Shown piece after piece: positions 46,629-47,827 of a stretch of DNA of 47,827 nt. Each line of letters begins with the position of its first letter. The stretch's first letter is position 1. The DNA lies in NCBI RefSeq assembly GCF_001194135.2, contig NC_068998.1, positions 29,447,337 through 29,495,163 of the forward strand, read 5' to 3'. A program made the position numbers and the translations under genes. Below the pieces are notes generated by a model. The model did no database searches, was not told the DNA's origin, and saw only the letters and a program-made list of their open reading frames with translations. The stretch is from Octopus bimaculoides (Eukaryota).

Positions 46629-46810
46629 AGGCATGGCTAACAAGGCTGTGGTTTCAGGTTCAGTCCCATTGCGTGCAGGGGCGTATATTCCGGGTGTGCT
46701 AGATGTGCGCTGCACACCCAATACAACAACTACCATATGCCACTGTAACGCCCTACCAAAGGGACTTCTAGTTTAACCTGGGGTCGACAAATGCCTTGTA
46801 AGTGGAATTT
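46629..46810 (+). mobile_element. degraded SINE family A head interrupted by a mini-MITE
   Basis: ggcatggct...ggttcagtcccattgcgtg [insert] ...gacttctagtttaacctggggtcgacaaatgccttgtaagtggaatttg. Confidence 0.65.
46676..46745. mobile_element. 70-bp MITE-like element with hAT-type ends
   Basis: Ends caggggcgtat / atatgccactg (9 of 11 inverted match) plus internal inverted repeat gggtgtgc...gcacaccc. Confidence 0.55.
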
Positions 46811-46922
46811 GATGCACAAATACACGCACACACGCGCACACACACATACACACACATACACGCATACACACAAACATACATACACACACATATATAAATA
46901 TATATATATACATATATATATG

Positions 46923-46961
<39 letters not shown>

Positions 46962-47085
46962 CTGTGTGTACGTGTATGTGTGTGTATGTTTATATATATA
47001 GAGAGAGATAGAGAGAGAGATAGGTTAGTAAGGCGAGTGAATTAAAAAGGTTTCAAAGATACACACACACACGCATATGTATATA

Positions 47086-47151
<66 letters not shown>

Positions 47152-47195
47152 GGAGAGAGAAAGAGCAAGTATTGAAATAAGCAGATAGATGAGTC

Positions 47196-47235
<40 letters not shown>

Positions 47236-47827
47236 CGTGCGCGTGTGTGTTTTGCTTTTCGCGCAAAAGCGGCTGCGCGATTTGGTTCCATACTTGGGAT
47301 GCATGGATAATTTGACCTCGGATACATAATAGGGTCTTCAGTTTATTTTTGTTATTAAAAATAAATAATATTGCTTTATATATATGATTCACTTCTTTTA
47401 AAAGGTTTTTCAACGTACATCAACTTCCGGTATTGACGTAGCAACAGCGAAATTTTTCGTTTTCATTTGCGAAACCTCTTTCTATTTTCATTTCAAGTTT
47501 CAATTTGCTACTTGCAAACAACTACGATGAATTACTGAAGGAATTAAAAACCATGGAGGGAGCCTTTTCGGTAAAAAAAAAAATGTAAATATTTTCAGAG
47601 GCAAAGGTGTACGATTCAAGGGAGATTTGGCTGTTGTTTCTAGCACCTCCCAAAATACCCTCCGTTTTCACTTTCGCATCGTCGCATGTATTGATGTTTT
47701 TTTTTTCAATATTTTTCTCCCATGAAACACATTTTATGGAATAATGGTGCAGAAGTAACGCACGTGTGATCCATTGATATAAGCAAAACAAAAAAAAAAT
47801 TGTAATTTAAATTTTTACCTCCCCCCT

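Overview
This is AT-rich eukaryotic non-coding DNA, dense in microsatellites and decayed transposable elements, with five assembly gaps. The SINE families match ones I recognise from octopus, so the source is most likely an Octopus draft assembly (inference). No intact host gene, tRNA, rRNA or CRISPR array is supported, only weak candidate exons and promoters. The window holds about 14 copies of three tRNA-derived SINE families. It also holds relics of Helitron, hAT, mariner, Penelope-like, CR1/L2-group, RTE, Tx1/L1 and R4/Dong elements. The strongest signals are: (1) a (TAA)n tract at 43.46-44.52 kb carrying two different R4/Dong-like 3' ends plus a 556-bp non-coding element, each separated by pure TAA repeats; (2) a near full-span R4/Dong-like element whose RT domain is deleted and whose 5' UTR has a duplicated hairpin motif with compensatory base changes; (3) a LINE 3' end that shares its terminal stem-loop with the commonest SINE family. 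All protein assignments come from manual translation and remembered family motifs; no database search was run.
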